This document shows positions 1 to 10,405 of a stretch of 64,000 nt of DNA, one piece after another. Where the stretch lies: positions 1,249,979 through 1,313,978 of the forward strand of contig CBDFMY010000003.1 of assembly GCA_965249835.1 (NCBI GenBank), read 5' to 3'. Origin of the DNA: Candidatus Poriferihabitaceae bacterium. GTDB lineage: Bacteria > Pseudomonadota > Gammaproteobacteria > Arenicellales > Poriferihabitantaceae. Each line of letters begins with the position of its first letter. The first letter of the stretch is position 1. The translations under genes and the position numbers were made by a program. The notes beneath the pieces are model-generated. The model had not been told where the DNA came from. It did not search any database and worked only from the letters and a program-made list of their open reading frames with translations.

Positions 1-2
1 CC

Positions 3-2711
3 GCCGATCTTCGCACGCTTGCTTTTCAAAGCGCGACTGGTTCCGGCAAGACGCTTCTTTTGCACGCCAATATTTTGCAATACAAACACTATCTGAAAAA
101 ATACAAACGACTACACAAACTCAACAAAATAATACTGGTAACACCGGACGAAGGACTTTCCCGACAGCACCTGCGTGAATTGCAATCAAGTGGCATCCCG
201 GCACAACTATTTTCCGATAATTCAGGCGGAGGGATGTTTTCTCACAGTGGCGGGGTAGTGGACATCATTGACCTTCACAAACTGGATGACAAGAAAGGCA
301 TTAAGCGGGTCGCTTTGGCATCCTTTGAAGAAAACAATCTTGTGATGGTGGATGAGGGTCATCTGGGCACCGGCGGCAAGGTTTGGAGAAACCGTCGCAA
401 GCAACTGGCGAAAAACGGTTTTACCTTTGAATACTCGGCAACATTTAATCAGGCGGTTTCCGGCAGTGGCGATGAAATCAAAAAACTGCGAGACGAATAC
501 GGCAAATCAATGTTGTTTGATTATTCCTATAAATTTTTCTATGAAGATGGCTACGGCAAGGATTATCAAATATCCAATCTGCAAAACACCAACGATGGCG
601 AAGCGAACAATGTTTATTTGCTTGCCTGCCTGTTGAAGTTTTATCAACAATGTCGGATTTTCGAGGATAAGGGCGGGCAGTGGCGGGAGTTCAACATCGC
701 ACCACCGCTTTGGGTGTTTCTCGGCAAGACGGTTACCGGCGGCAAGAGTGCCGGTAAGAAGGAGACAGAAACCGACGTACTCCGAATTATCTCTTTTCTA
801 TCTTGGGTACAAAGCCAACAACGAGAAGTGATAGTAATGATTAAGAAACTTGTTAGCAATAATACCGGGCTTGTCGATGAACAAGGCACGGACATATTCA
901 GTGGATCATTTTCCTACATAGAAAAGAAATCGCCGACAAGTATCTATAAGGATTTATCTTCGGTGGTTTTTCGTGGTAAGGGACAACTGCATATATCTCA
1001 TCTCAGCGGTATGGATGAAATTCAACTCAGTGCCGGAGACGGCAATCCGTTCGGGGTCATCAATGTCGGCGATGCATCCGGGCTTTATAGCAAACTTGGA
1101 GATGTCAAAAATCAACTCTTTACACTTTCAAAGGACGCATTTTCCAAACCGCTGTTTGCCGATGTGGATAACAACAATTCGCCGGTGAATATCGTTATCG
1201 GTGCGCGCAAATTTGCCGCCGGATGGAATTCTTGGCGTGTCAGCACCATGGGGCTGATGCATGTGGGCACTGGCGAGGGGCCGCAAATCATCCAGATGTT
1301 TGGCCGGGGTGTTCGTCTCAAGGGACGCGACATGTCGCTCAAGCGGCATACCGCACTTGAAGGCGCAAGTCCGCAGGATGGCGACCTGCTCAAATTGCTT
1401 GAAACGCTCAACATCTTCGGTCTCAAAGCCAACTATATGGATAAGTTCAAACACTACCTTCAACAGGAAACCGGTGAAGTTGAACAGATTGTCGTTAAAT
1501 TGCGGCCAGGGAAGGATTTCAAAAAAGCGCGCCGCCTTAAAATGATTAGGAAGCGCAAGAGCGCAGGAGAGTTTAAGTATTCCGACGAGCGGATTGATTT
1601 GCCCTTGATCCCCGACCTGACAATAAGGATTGACCGTTACAAGCATTTACAGATTCTTGAATCGAGACAACAAAATCATGATGATGCCGAATCTATCACA
1701 ACAGGCAAATTGAAAAAACAGCATGTGGATTTGATTAACAAATTGTCGGTTTATCATCGAGTTCTTGAACGCAAGCATAGACTGTCATGGCATAACATGA
1801 CTGTTTCTCAGAAAGCGGTGGACACGCTACTTGAAAATGGCGATTGGTATGAACTTTACATTCCACTGGAAAAATTGGAGTTTTCCGAACATGGGCGAGT
1901 GCGAGAATGGGAAGACCTTGCGGTGGATTTAATTTGCGAATATGCCGATCAATACTGGCGCAAAGAACGAAATATTTGGGAACACCAGCACATGGAAGTT
2001 GTGCCGCTGGATGATGACGATCCGAACCATGTTTATGAATACAAACTATCGGTTGATGCTAAAGAGAAGGCACTGATTAAAGACATTGAACAGATGGCAG
2101 AAGATGTGAAACAAGGGCAATACAATGAGATATATCCATTATCAGGCGGGTATCAACTTTCATTATTGAATCCAGGTTTCCACGCATATATACCTTTACT
2201 CCATGCCAAACCTCATGACTCAGCAAAAATCACGCCTATTCCTTTGAACGAGGGAGAAGCGAAATTTGTCAAGTATCTGAAGGATCTTGTGGAATACAAA
2301 CATAATTTTGATGTTTTGCAAGGCAAAGAAATCTATCTGATGCGTAACATGAGTCGGGGTAAGGGCGTTTCTTTTTTTGATGATTATTCTTTTTATCCGG
2401 ATTTTATTCTTTGGCTTGATGATTCAACAAGACAGGATATATTGTTTATCGATCCGAAAGGTCTTGTGCATTACGACTCAAAAGTTAACTCAAAAGTGAA
2501 TCTACACGAGCGAATAAAGGACACCGAGAAGAAAATTCAGCAGCAAAATAGCCGTCTTTTCTTACATTCTTATATATGGTCAGCCACGCAACCTAAAGAC
2601 ATTGGCGGAGAGAAACCAATGACAGCAAAAAACCGCCAAAAACAAGGGATAGTCTTGGCGAGCCAAGGGATGTCAGGAATTCAAAATCTCTTACAAGATG
2701 CCCTGAAGTAA
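3..2711 (+). CDS. Type III restriction enzyme Res-like DEAD/DEAH helicase-nuclease, 5'-truncated by window edge
   Basis: Frame stays open upstream of the track's TTG start: ...LAFQSATGSGKTLLLHANILQYK (Walker A). Motif II-like VMVDEGH; GRGVRLKGRDMS; C-terminal PDFILWL...LFIDPKG resembling a PD-(D/E)XK nuclease core. Confidence 0.8.
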   Translation, partial: ADLRTLAFQSATGSGKTLLLHANILQYKHYLKKYKRLHKLNKIILVTPDEGLSRQHLRELQSSGIPAQLFSDNSGGGMFSHSGGVVDIIDLHKLDDKKGIKRVALASFEENNLVMVDEGHLGTGGKVWRNRRKQLAKNGFTFEYSATFNQAVSGSGDEIKKLRDEYGKSMLFDYSYKFFYEDGYGKDYQISNLQNTNDGEANNVYLLACLLKFYQQCRIFEDKGGQWREFNIAPPLWVFLGKTVTGGKSAGKKETETDVLRIISFLSWVQSQQREVIVMIKKLVSNNTGLVDEQGTDIFSGSFSYIEKKSPTSIYKDLSSVVFRGKGQLHISHLSGMDEIQLSAGDGNPFGVINVGDASGLYSKLGDVKNQLFTLSKDAFSKPLFADVDNNNSPVNIVIGARKFAAGWNSWRVSTMGLMHVGTGEGPQIIQMFGRGVRLKGRDMSLKRHTALEGASPQDGDLLKLLETLNIFGLKANYMDKFKHYLQQETGEVEQIVVKLRPGKDFKKARRLKMIRKRKSAGEFKYSDERIDLPLIPDLTIRIDRYKHLQILESRQQNHDDAESITTGKLKKQHVDLINKLSVYHRVLERKHRLSWHNMTVSQKAVDTLLENGDWYELYIPLEKLEFSEHGRVREWEDLAVDLICEYADQYWRKERNIWEHQHMEVVPLDDDDPNHVYEYKLSVDAKEKALIKDIEQMAEDVKQGQYNEIYPLSGGYQLSLLNPGFHAYIPLLHAKPHDSAKITPIPLNEGEAKFVKYLKDLVEYKHNFDVLQGKEIYLMRNMSRGKGVSFFDDYSFYPDFILWLDDSTRQDILFIDPKGLVHYDSKVNSKVNLHERIKDTEKKIQQQNSRLFLHSYIWSATQPKDIGGEKPMTAKNRQKQGIVLASQGMSGIQNLLQDALK

Positions 2712-2717
2712 CCCATC

Positions 2718-4052
2718 TCAGCCGGCTTTCATAGAAACTACAATCCGCGGATAATACCGCCACAAAGTCGCTGCGCGGATTAGCATGAAGCACGACAGAG
2801 CGAGGAACAATCCGTGGTTGCCGAGCAATGGAATCAGCAACGCAACGAGTGCAAGGTAGACGGCGGTGGATACCAGCATGGCGTTGCGCATTTCGCGGGC
2901 GTGGCCGGTGCCGATGAAAATACCGTCCAGTTGGAAACTCCACACTGACAGCAACGGCAGCGCCATCATCCACCCCATGTATTGCTTTGATACATCAAGC
3001 ACCGCGTCGATGTTGGTGAACAAGCCGATGATTTGTCCGCCGAACAACAAATAGGCGATGCTCGCCAGCAACGCTCCGGCGGCGGCCCACGCGGTGGACA
3101 CGCGCACCGCACGCCGGAATGTGCGCGGGTTGCGCGCGCCGTAGGCACTGCCCGCCAGTGCTTCGGCGGCGTGAGCGAATCCATCCAACGCGTACGCCAT
3201 GATGCTTTGCAGGTGCAATAAAATCGTATTGGCCGCCAACACCACTTCGCCGAGGCGCGCGCTTTGCGCAGTGAACCAGGCGAACGCAAACATCAGGCAC
3301 ATGGTGCGAACGAAAATATTTCCGTTGGTGCGCATCAACTCGATCATGGCATCGGTCGCCAACACTTCGTTCCATCGAATGGAAGTCAGCGCGCGTCTAA
3401 TTTCAACCCGCAACATAAAGAAGCCGATGGTGGCGGATACATATTCGGCGATCAATGTCGCCCATGCCACGCCGACGACTCCCAGTTTCAACACCGCAAC
3501 GAATAGCAAATCCAACGCCACGTTGGTGAGATTTAAAGTCAGCACCAGGTATAGGGCGCGGCGGGTGTTGTGCATGCCGATGAACAGGCCGGTGAACACA
3601 TAAACACACAGCGTCGCCGGCGCGCTCCACACGCGAATCAACGAATAGTCGGCCGCCAGTTGTTCGACTCGAGGGCTACTTTGCAGAAAGTATAAAGCCA
3701 TTGCAATGAGCGGTTTGCCGAGCGCGATGATGACCAGTCCGAACAACAATGCCAGCAACAGCACCCGTAGTAGCGTGCGCGAAAGCATTCCGGCATCTCC
3801 GGTGCCAACTGCGCGGGCGATGAAACCGGTGGTGCCCATGCGCAGGAAACCAAACCCCCAGTAAAGGAAGGTGAATATCAGCGCGCCGAGGGCGACCGCG
3901 CCGATGTGATGCGGTTGCGGCAGGTGGCCGACCACGGCGGTGTCCACGGCACCCACCAGCGGCACCGAAATATTGGAGATGATCATTGGACCCGCCAGCA
4001 TCCACACCGTGCGGTGGGTGATGTTTGTCGGTGCGCGGTTCGGTGATGTCAT
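2718..4052 (-). CDS. MATE family (DinF-like) efflux transporter
   Basis: MLAGPMIISNISVPLVGAVDTAVVGHL... multi-TM protein typical of the MATE/DinF family. Confidence 0.9.
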   Translation of the reverse strand: MTSPNRAPTNITHRTVWMLAGPMIISNISVPLVGAVDTAVVGHLPQPHHIGAVALGALIFTFLYWGFGFLRMGTTGFIARAVGTGDAGMLSRTLLRVLLLALLFGLVIIALGKPLIAMALYFLQSSPRVEQLAADYSLIRVWSAPATLCVYVFTGLFIGMHNTRRALYLVLTLNLTNVALDLLFVAVLKLGVVGVAWATLIAEYVSATIGFFMLRVEIRRALTSIRWNEVLATDAMIELMRTNGNIFVRTMCLMFAFAWFTAQSARLGEVVLAANTILLHLQSIMAYALDGFAHAAEALAGSAYGARNPRTFRRAVRVSTAWAAAGALLASIAYLLFGGQIIGLFTNIDAVLDVSKQYMGWMMALPLLSVWSFQLDGIFIGTGHAREMRNAMLVSTAVYLALVALLIPLLGNHGLFLALSCFMLIRAATLWRYYPRIVVSMKAG

Positions 4053-4238
4053 GGGTGTCGGTCGCCCGGTCGGAGCGTGTTATCGGCGGCATGTCTGCCC
4101 GGATACTATACTTAACTTCCCCCTTTCATTGCCCTTTACTTCACTGCGTTTGGGGATACAATCCGCCGACTTCGTCGAGTCGGGCGGGGATGCGTTATCT
4201 CGGGCGGGAAGCCGCAAGGTTTCCAGATTGGTCAATTT

Positions 4239-5567
4239 TTGGCGAGGCAATGGCTCATGTGGAACGACGTGCGCGCGACCTGGGCGCTACTGGTGGGCAT
4301 CGGTTTCATGATGCTTGGCAATGGTCTGCAAGGGACCTTGCTTGGCCTTCGCGCCACCATGGAAGGATTCCCCACTTTCACCACCGGCATCATGATGTCG
4401 GGCTATTTCGTCGGCATTTTCATCGGCTCGGTTTTTGCGCCGCGACTGGTGGGGCGGGTTGGCCACATCCGCGTTTTCGCGGCCCTCGCCTCGGCCGCTT
4501 CCATCGCCATCCTCATCCACGGACTGTATGTCCATGTGCTCACCTGGACTTTGATGCGCCTGATTACTGGCATCAGTTACGCCGGTTTGTTTGTGGTCAC
4601 CGAAAGTTGGTTGAACGATCGCGCCGGCAACGAAAATCGCGGCAAGTTGCTGTCCATTTATATGGTAATCGTCACCTTGGGATTGGGCTGCGGGCAGTTT
4701 ATGCTGAACCTCGCAGACCCGGCCGGAGTCGATTTGTTTATTCTGGTATCGGTGGTGGTGTCGTTCGGATTGATTCCCATGTTATTGACCGCTCGCCCGG
4801 CACCGGCCTTTGAGATGTCCGGCAAGATGACTCTGCGGCGATTGTTCAAGGCATCGCCGCTGGCGGTCATCAGCAACACCCTGACCGGCGTCGCCCACGG
4901 AACCATCTTCGGTCTCGGCGCGGTGTATGCGCGACAAAAAGGATTCAGCGTGGAGATGGTGTCCATTTTCATGGCTTGTTTTTTGTTCGGCGGGTTGCTG
5001 TTTCAATGGCCCCTCGGCATCTTCTCCGACCGCTTTGACCGCCGCGTGGTGATGGCGGGGATGGCTGGAGTTGCCGTAATCCTGACGTTGCTGACGGTAT
5101 TCCTATCGGCCGGTAGCGTATTCTTTTTTGTGGTCATCGCATTGCTCGGCGGCGTCGCCATGCCGATGTATTCGATGTGCATCGCCTACGCCAACGATCG
5201 GCTGGAACCCGAAGAGATCGTCGCCGCCAGCGGTAGTTTGGTGATGGTCGCCGGAATCGGCTTGAGCACGGGCCCCATCATCGTGTCGTTCTTGATGTCG
5301 CAGTTCGGGCCAAACTTTTATTTCACCGGCATCGGCGGCGCGTTCGCTTTAATCTTTTTGTTCGCGGTGTATCGAATGGGGCAACGCGCCGGTGTGGATG
5401 TCGAAGATCAGTCGCCGACACTTGCGGCCGGACAGATTGGCACACCGATCGCTGAAATCTGTGCCACGGATGCGGTGGATTATGTCGAAGCGGTGGCCAG
5501 CGGCGAGGTGGAACGGCTCGACCAACAAGAAGCGACCACCGAGCAGGATGTGGAACGACGCTTGTAG
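4239..5567 (+). CDS. MFS transporter (YcaD-like)
   Basis: 12-TM-like protein with GYFVGIFIGSVFAPRLVGRVGHIRVFA and GIFSDRFDRRVVM loops. Confidence 0.85.
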   Translation: MARQWLMWNDVRATWALLVGIGFMMLGNGLQGTLLGLRATMEGFPTFTTGIMMSGYFVGIFIGSVFAPRLVGRVGHIRVFAALASAASIAILIHGLYVHVLTWTLMRLITGISYAGLFVVTESWLNDRAGNENRGKLLSIYMVIVTLGLGCGQFMLNLADPAGVDLFILVSVVVSFGLIPMLLTARPAPAFEMSGKMTLRRLFKASPLAVISNTLTGVAHGTIFGLGAVYARQKGFSVEMVSIFMACFLFGGLLFQWPLGIFSDRFDRRVVMAGMAGVAVILTLLTVFLSAGSVFFFVVIALLGGVAMPMYSMCIAYANDRLEPEEIVAASGSLVMVAGIGLSTGPIIVSFLMSQFGPNFYFTGIGGAFALIFLFAVYRMGQRAGVDVEDQSPTLAAGQIGTPIAEICATDAVDYVEAVASGEVERLDQQEATTEQDVERRL

Positions 5568-5621
5568 CGCACGCACGGATAACGGATTACCTTTTTGGAG
5601 TATGATTACGCGCAATAGAGG

Positions 5622-6557
5622 ATGGTCAAAGGTGCCATGCATAATAACTTTTCCCTGCGAACTCGAAACGATGCCGGCGGCACACCGCTACTGTCGGACT
5701 GGGGCGCAAACTGCGACTATGGTGTGTTGCGCGATGTGTTGCTTGGTCCGGTCGATCACTATCAATGGTTGAACACCAGTTCGGTGTCGAAAAAAAGTAT
5801 TCGGCGCAATCTTGCGTTTGATCACGCCACCGCCAAAGCCCAACACGCCGAGATGATTTCCGCTTACCAGTCAGCCGGCGTTACCTGCCATTTCCACGAA
5901 GCGGATGCGGCGTTGCCATATCAGGTGTTTGCGCGAGATTCATCGGCGATGACGCCTTTTGGCGCCATCATAACCAACATGGCGAACTGGTGGCGGCGCG
6001 GCGAAAATTTCCGTGCCATCGAAACTTACGCACGCCTCGGCATTCCCATCTACGACTATGTGACCGCCGGACACTTTGAAGGCGGAGATTTTAATGTCAT
6101 TGAACCGGGCACCGTGCTAATCGGTTGGGAAGGCGACGAAGGCCGCAGTCAGCGGCAGGGCGCGTTGCAATTGCAAAACTGGTTTGAAGCCGAAGGTTGG
6201 GAAGTGATGCTGGCTGACATTGATCCGTTCTATGTGCACATTGATCTCATGGTGGTGATGCTGGCACCCAAACTCGCCGCCGTGTGCCTCGAATCCACCG
6301 ACCCGGAAGTGGTCGCGTGGCTTCAATCCAAACAAATCGAATTGGTGGCGGTGCCGTTTCAGGACACGCTGGATCTCGGTTGCAATGTCGTGGCGTTGGG
6401 CGATGACCGCATTTTGCTACCGAAAAAAAGCAAAGTGCTAAAACAAAAAGCCCGCGCGCTGGGGCTTGCGGTGTATGACCCGGATGTGTCCATGATCACA
6501 CCGGGCGGCGGTGGAGTGCACTGCATGTGTCAGGCGTTACGCCGCGACCCGGCATAA
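5622..6557 (+). CDS. Amidinotransferase / dimethylargininase-like protein
   Basis: VFARDSSAMTPFG, GHFEGGDFNVI, and C-terminal GGGGVHCMCQAL resemble the guanidino-group-modifying superfamily catalytic Asp/His/Cys. Confidence 0.75.
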   Translation: MVKGAMHNNFSLRTRNDAGGTPLLSDWGANCDYGVLRDVLLGPVDHYQWLNTSSVSKKSIRRNLAFDHATAKAQHAEMISAYQSAGVTCHFHEADAALPYQVFARDSSAMTPFGAIITNMANWWRRGENFRAIETYARLGIPIYDYVTAGHFEGGDFNVIEPGTVLIGWEGDEGRSQRQGALQLQNWFEAEGWEVMLADIDPFYVHIDLMVVMLAPKLAAVCLESTDPEVVAWLQSKQIELVAVPFQDTLDLGCNVVALGDDRILLPKKSKVLKQKARALGLAVYDPDVSMITPGGGGVHCMCQALRRDPA

Positions 6558-6580
6558 TTGGCATTCCTCGGCATCTCTCA

Positions 6581-7561
6581 ATGTTAATCATAGACGGATT
6601 GCAATACGCCAACTGGAGTCGGCCGCTGTTGGAAGAAATGCGTCGCGGCGGATTGGATTGTGTGCATGTAACCATCGCCTATCACGAAACTTGCGTCGAA
6701 ACCTTGCGTAACATCGGTCAATGGAACCGATTGTTTGAACAACACGGCGACCTCATCACAAAAGTCGGCACCGCGGATGAAGTCATCGCCGCCAAACAAG
6801 CCGGCAAAACCGGCCTAATGTTCGGTTTTCAAAATTGCTCGCCCATTGAAGACGATTATGCGTTGGTGGAAATTTTTCACACGCTCGGTGTGCGCTTTAT
6901 GCAACTCAGTTACAACAACCAGAGTTTGCTCGCCACCGGTTGCTATGAAAAAAACGACTCCGGCATCACCCGCTTCGGCAAGCAAGTCATCCGCGAGATG
7001 AACCGAGTCGGTATGGTGGTGGATATGTCGCACAGTGCCGAGCGTTCCACGCTGGAAGCGATCGAGTATTCATCCCGCCCCATCGCCATCACCCACGCCA
7101 ACCCCGCTTCTTTCGAACCGGCGTTGCGCAACAAATCCGACCAGGTGCTAACCACCCTCGCCCAAAGCGGCGGCATGTTCGGTTTCAGTTTGTATCCGCA
7201 TCATCTCAAAGGCGGCTCGGCTTGCCAGTTGGAAGACTTCTGCATGATGATTGCGCGCACCGCCGAGTTGATTGGCATCAAACACCTCGGCATCGGCTCC
7301 GACCTGTGCCAAAACCAGCCGGATGCGGTGGTCGCGTGGATGCGAAACGGCAGATGGAGCAAGACCACCGACTACGGTGAAGGCACCGCCGACCATGCCG
7401 GCTGGCCGACGCAACCGGAATGGTTCAGCAACAGCACGCACTACGACAATCTCGCCCAAGGGTTGGCGCGAGTTGGATTTTCCGAAGACGAAGTGGAAAA
7501 AATCATGGGACGTAACTGGCTTAATTTTTTTGCGCGATCGTTCGGCGCAGCGGATTCCTGA
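6581..7561 (+). CDS. Membrane dipeptidase (peptidase M19 family)
   Basis: DMSHSAERSTLEAIEYSSRPIAITHANP, GSDLCQ, IMGRNWLNFF. Likely start ATG 6581 (MLIIDGLQYANW), inside the track ORF 6527..7561. Confidence 0.85.
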   Translation: MLIIDGLQYANWSRPLLEEMRRGGLDCVHVTIAYHETCVETLRNIGQWNRLFEQHGDLITKVGTADEVIAAKQAGKTGLMFGFQNCSPIEDDYALVEIFHTLGVRFMQLSYNNQSLLATGCYEKNDSGITRFGKQVIREMNRVGMVVDMSHSAERSTLEAIEYSSRPIAITHANPASFEPALRNKSDQVLTTLAQSGGMFGFSLYPHHLKGGSACQLEDFCMMIARTAELIGIKHLGIGSDLCQNQPDAVVAWMRNGRWSKTTDYGEGTADHAGWPTQPEWFSNSTHYDNLAQGLARVGFSEDEVEKIMGRNWLNFFARSFGAADS

Positions 7562-7681
7562 CAGGCATTAAAAAAAAAATGAGAATTCATGAGTTTTTTG
7601 TATCCGGTGAAAATACGCCTGTCAGGTTTGGTCGTTGCCGGCGGGTGCATTGTTGTGAGTTGCGCATAAACATAAAAAGGA

Positions 7682-8557
7682 ATGAACCAGATGCTTGAAC
7701 ATAACAAAATCGTTAAAGGCGATACATTTCATTTGCTACCAAAAATCGAAGAGGAAAGCATTGATTTAATTGTTTGTGACGGACCATACAGTGTCACGAC
7801 GAACGAATGGGACAGAGTCGGTTCGATTCAAGAATACAACTTGAATTTATTAAAAATATTTTCCACCAAACTAAAAGATGGCGGTGCTTTATATCTATTT
7901 GGAAAAAATGATTGTATTGATTTTATCGATTATCGATCTTATTTGAATCTTAAATCCAAAATTGTCTGGTATCAGCCCAGTCGGCTTTCCCATGGGCGGG
8001 TCAGTTTCACCAATAATTACGATATAATTTGTTACTTCGTCAAAGGCGATAAACCAAAAACTTTCAATTTGGATTCAATAAGAGTCCCGCAGTTGGTTGA
8101 ACTGCAACATCGCTTAAGATGCGAAAATGTGCCTTCCGTTCGAACCGGAAAATATGGCAGAACAAAATTTAATGACAAAGGAAAAAACCCGGGTGATGTG
8201 TGGGGAGATATAAAGCAATTGACTTATAAATCAAAAGAATTAGTCAGCAGGGAAGCACTCAACACAATTCAAAAGCCAGAAAAACTTTTTGAAAGAATTA
8301 TATTGGCCAGTTCAAATAAAGATGATCTTGTTTTAGATCCTTTTTGCGGAGTTGGAACAACAGCGGTTATGTGTAAAAAGCACAAAAGAAATTTTATTTG
8401 TTTCGAGAAAAATCACCAACTCGTAGAATGGGGGAATGAAAGAATAATGCGGTTGGGAAAAATTGAAATGGCACAACAAAGTGATTTATCCCAACCCATA
8501 ATCGAGCCCCCAATGTCACCAGTGGCAACGCGGCCTTCCCCGCCACACACCGCCTAA
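7682..8557 (+). CDS. Site-specific DNA methyltransferase (beta-class order), apparently orphan
   Basis: Motif IV-like LIVCDGPYSVTTNEWDR near the N-terminus; motif I-like DLVLDPFCGVGTTAVMCKKHKRNFICFE near the C-terminus. Confidence 0.85.
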   Translation: MNQMLEHNKIVKGDTFHLLPKIEEESIDLIVCDGPYSVTTNEWDRVGSIQEYNLNLLKIFSTKLKDGGALYLFGKNDCIDFIDYRSYLNLKSKIVWYQPSRLSHGRVSFTNNYDIICYFVKGDKPKTFNLDSIRVPQLVELQHRLRCENVPSVRTGKYGRTKFNDKGKNPGDVWGDIKQLTYKSKELVSREALNTIQKPEKLFERIILASSNKDDLVLDPFCGVGTTAVMCKKHKRNFICFEKNHQLVEWGNERIMRLGKIEMAQQSDLSQPIIEPPMSPVATRPSPPHTA

Positions 8558-8991
8558 CCCTCCCGAATTCGCTCAATCAACGCCGAAGTGGATAGTTGAA
8601 ACTGGAATTTCAGTGAATGGACTTTACCGCCCCAGCCGATTACTTCTTTGCCACCGACAATCTCTTCCAGCGGCCAGTCGCCGCCTTTCACCAGATAATC
8701 TGGTTTTATGCGGGTGATTAACTCAAGGGGAGTGGTCTGGTCGTAGGAAATCACGGCATCCACCGAAGCCAATGCGGCCAGCAACGCCATGCGATCGGGC
8801 AACGGATTGATTGGTCGCCCGGGGCCTTTGTTCAGTTGGCGAACCGATTGGTCGCTGTTCACGCCCACCACCAGCATCGCGCCCAGGGCGGCGGCCTGTT
8901 CGAGGTAACTGCTGTGGCCTCGGTGCAGCAGGTCGAAACAGCCGTTGGTGAAAACCAGCGGGCGCGGCAACGCGGCGAGCCAGTCATCCAA
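8554..8991 (-). CDS. rfaE2: D-glycero-beta-D-manno-heptose 1-phosphate adenylyltransferase (stand-alone HldE C-terminal/RfaE2-type domain)
   Basis: VFTNGCFDLLHRGHSSYLEQA...LVVGVNSDQSVRQLNKGPGRPI... nucleotidyltransferase signature. Confidence 0.88.
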   Translation of the reverse strand: MDDWLAALPRPLVFTNGCFDLLHRGHSSYLEQAAALGAMLVVGVNSDQSVRQLNKGPGRPINPLPDRMALLAALASVDAVISYDQTTPLELITRIKPDYLVKGGDWPLEEIVGGKEVIGWGGKVHSLKFQFQLSTSALIERIREG

Positions 8992-9084
8992 CTCGACCCC
9001 GTGGGCCGGGTCGTAAATTTTTCGTTCAATTTCGATGGGGCTGCGCTCGATGAGTCTGGCAAACCGCGGTCGCCAATCTTGACA

Positions 9085-9654
9085 TCAGTCGATATATTCA
9101 AACACCTTGACGATGTGTGTGATGCCGCGGATGTCACGGATGGCATTCACGGTAGCCTCGGCTTCCACGTTGGTCACTCGTCCCAGCAGATAAACCTTGC
9201 CGTGTTCGGAGACCACTTTGACCGCGCTGGCCGGCAGGTTCGGCGTCTTCAGCAGGCGCGCCTTGACCTTGCCGGTAATCCATATATCGTTCAGTCGACT
9301 GGAGAAATTGGTTTTGCCCGCCAGCGTTAACTCATTTGCCACGCTTGCCACTTCGCCATTTGTTTTGTATTGCTCCACCACCGCGCTTGCTCGTTGCCGC
9401 TGGTCGTCGCTGTTCACCTGGCCGGTCAACAACACCACACCATTGAATGCGGTAACGCTGATGTTCACGCCTGATCCGAGCGCGGGGTCTTGGTCGAAGT
9501 CGCTGCGCAGTTTTAATTCAAGGGTATTGTCATCCAAATATTTCCCCGGGGTGCGCCGGTCCAGGCTGACATCAATCGCGGTCACCGAGGCGGTGATTAC
9601 CAGCGGGATGCAGGCGTTCAAAGGCAACAATGTGGCCAGCAACAAAGTCCGCAT
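9085..9654 (-). CDS. dolP: BON-domain outer-membrane lipoprotein (DolP/YraP-like)
   Basis: Likely start ATG 9654 gives MRTLLLATLLPLNAC lipobox; two BON-type segments (ISVTAFNGVVLLTGQVN; VKVVSEHGKVYLLGRVT). Synteny with yraN/diaA/lpoA. Confidence 0.85.
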   Translation of the reverse strand: MRTLLLATLLPLNACIPLVITASVTAIDVSLDRRTPGKYLDDNTLELKLRSDFDQDPALGSGVNISVTAFNGVVLLTGQVNSDDQRQRASAVVEQYKTNGEVASVANELTLAGKTNFSSRLNDIWITGKVKARLLKTPNLPASAVKVVSEHGKVYLLGRVTNVEAEATVNAIRDIRGITHIVKVFEYID

Positions 9655-9756
9655 GAAAATTTTCACGGCAGGGACTTTGCCAAAAGCAAGCACCCGGTTG
9701 CGTGCGGTGGGTTTGAAATTGAAATTGAGCGGGGAGGGGGGTTTTGTCGCCATGAG

Positions 9757-10359
9757 TCAGAGGTCTCCGAAAAGTTGATGATCGATCAGTTCGCAAAAAG
9801 CGTGAATGATTATACCGTGAATTTCCTGCACGCGTGCGGTGGAGTCGCCGGGTGCCACGATGTCAATGTCGTGTTCGTTCAAGATCGGTGACAGCGCACC
9901 GCCGCCCTTGCCGTTCAAGGCGATGCAACGCAGATGGTTGGCTTGCGCGGCGCGCACCGCCTGCAGGATGTTGCTTGAGTTGCCGGACGAAGTAATCGCC
10001 ACCAGTATATCGCCGCGTCTCCCCAGCGCTTCCACCTGGCGGGCGAACACTTCGTCATAACTTTCATCATTGGCGATGGAGGTCAGGGTCGAGACATCGG
10101 CGTTCAGACTGATGGCGGCAAGCGGCCGGCGAACGCGCTGGAACTTGTTCACCAGTTCGGCGGAAAAATGCAGACTGTCGGCGGCCGAACCGCCGTTGCC
10201 GCAGAGCAGAATCTTGCCATCGTTGCCAAGCACCTCGGCCAGCGCGGTTGCGGCTTCGGCTACGACATCGGTTATTTCTCGACGAGCGGCCTGGATGGAT
10301 TGAATGCTGTCGGCAAGCAAAGCATCCACGCGCGCGGCGGCGGTTAACTTTTCAGACAC
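9757..10359 (-). CDS. SIS-domain protein, DiaA/phosphoheptose isomerase GmhA-like
   Basis: LLCGNGGSAADSLHFSAELVNKF...RPLAAISLNADVSTLTSIAND; synteny with yraN and dolP. Confidence 0.9.
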   Translation of the reverse strand: MSEKLTAAARVDALLADSIQSIQAARREITDVVAEAATALAEVLGNDGKILLCGNGGSAADSLHFSAELVNKFQRVRRPLAAISLNADVSTLTSIANDESYDEVFARQVEALGRRGDILVAITSSGNSSNILQAVRAAQANHLRCIALNGKGGGALSPILNEHDIDIVAPGDSTARVQEIHGIIIHAFCELIDHQLFGDL

Positions 10360-10405
10360 GGGCTTTGGGGTGGGTGGGGCGGGGTGGGCATGGCGCTATT
10401 GTTTA

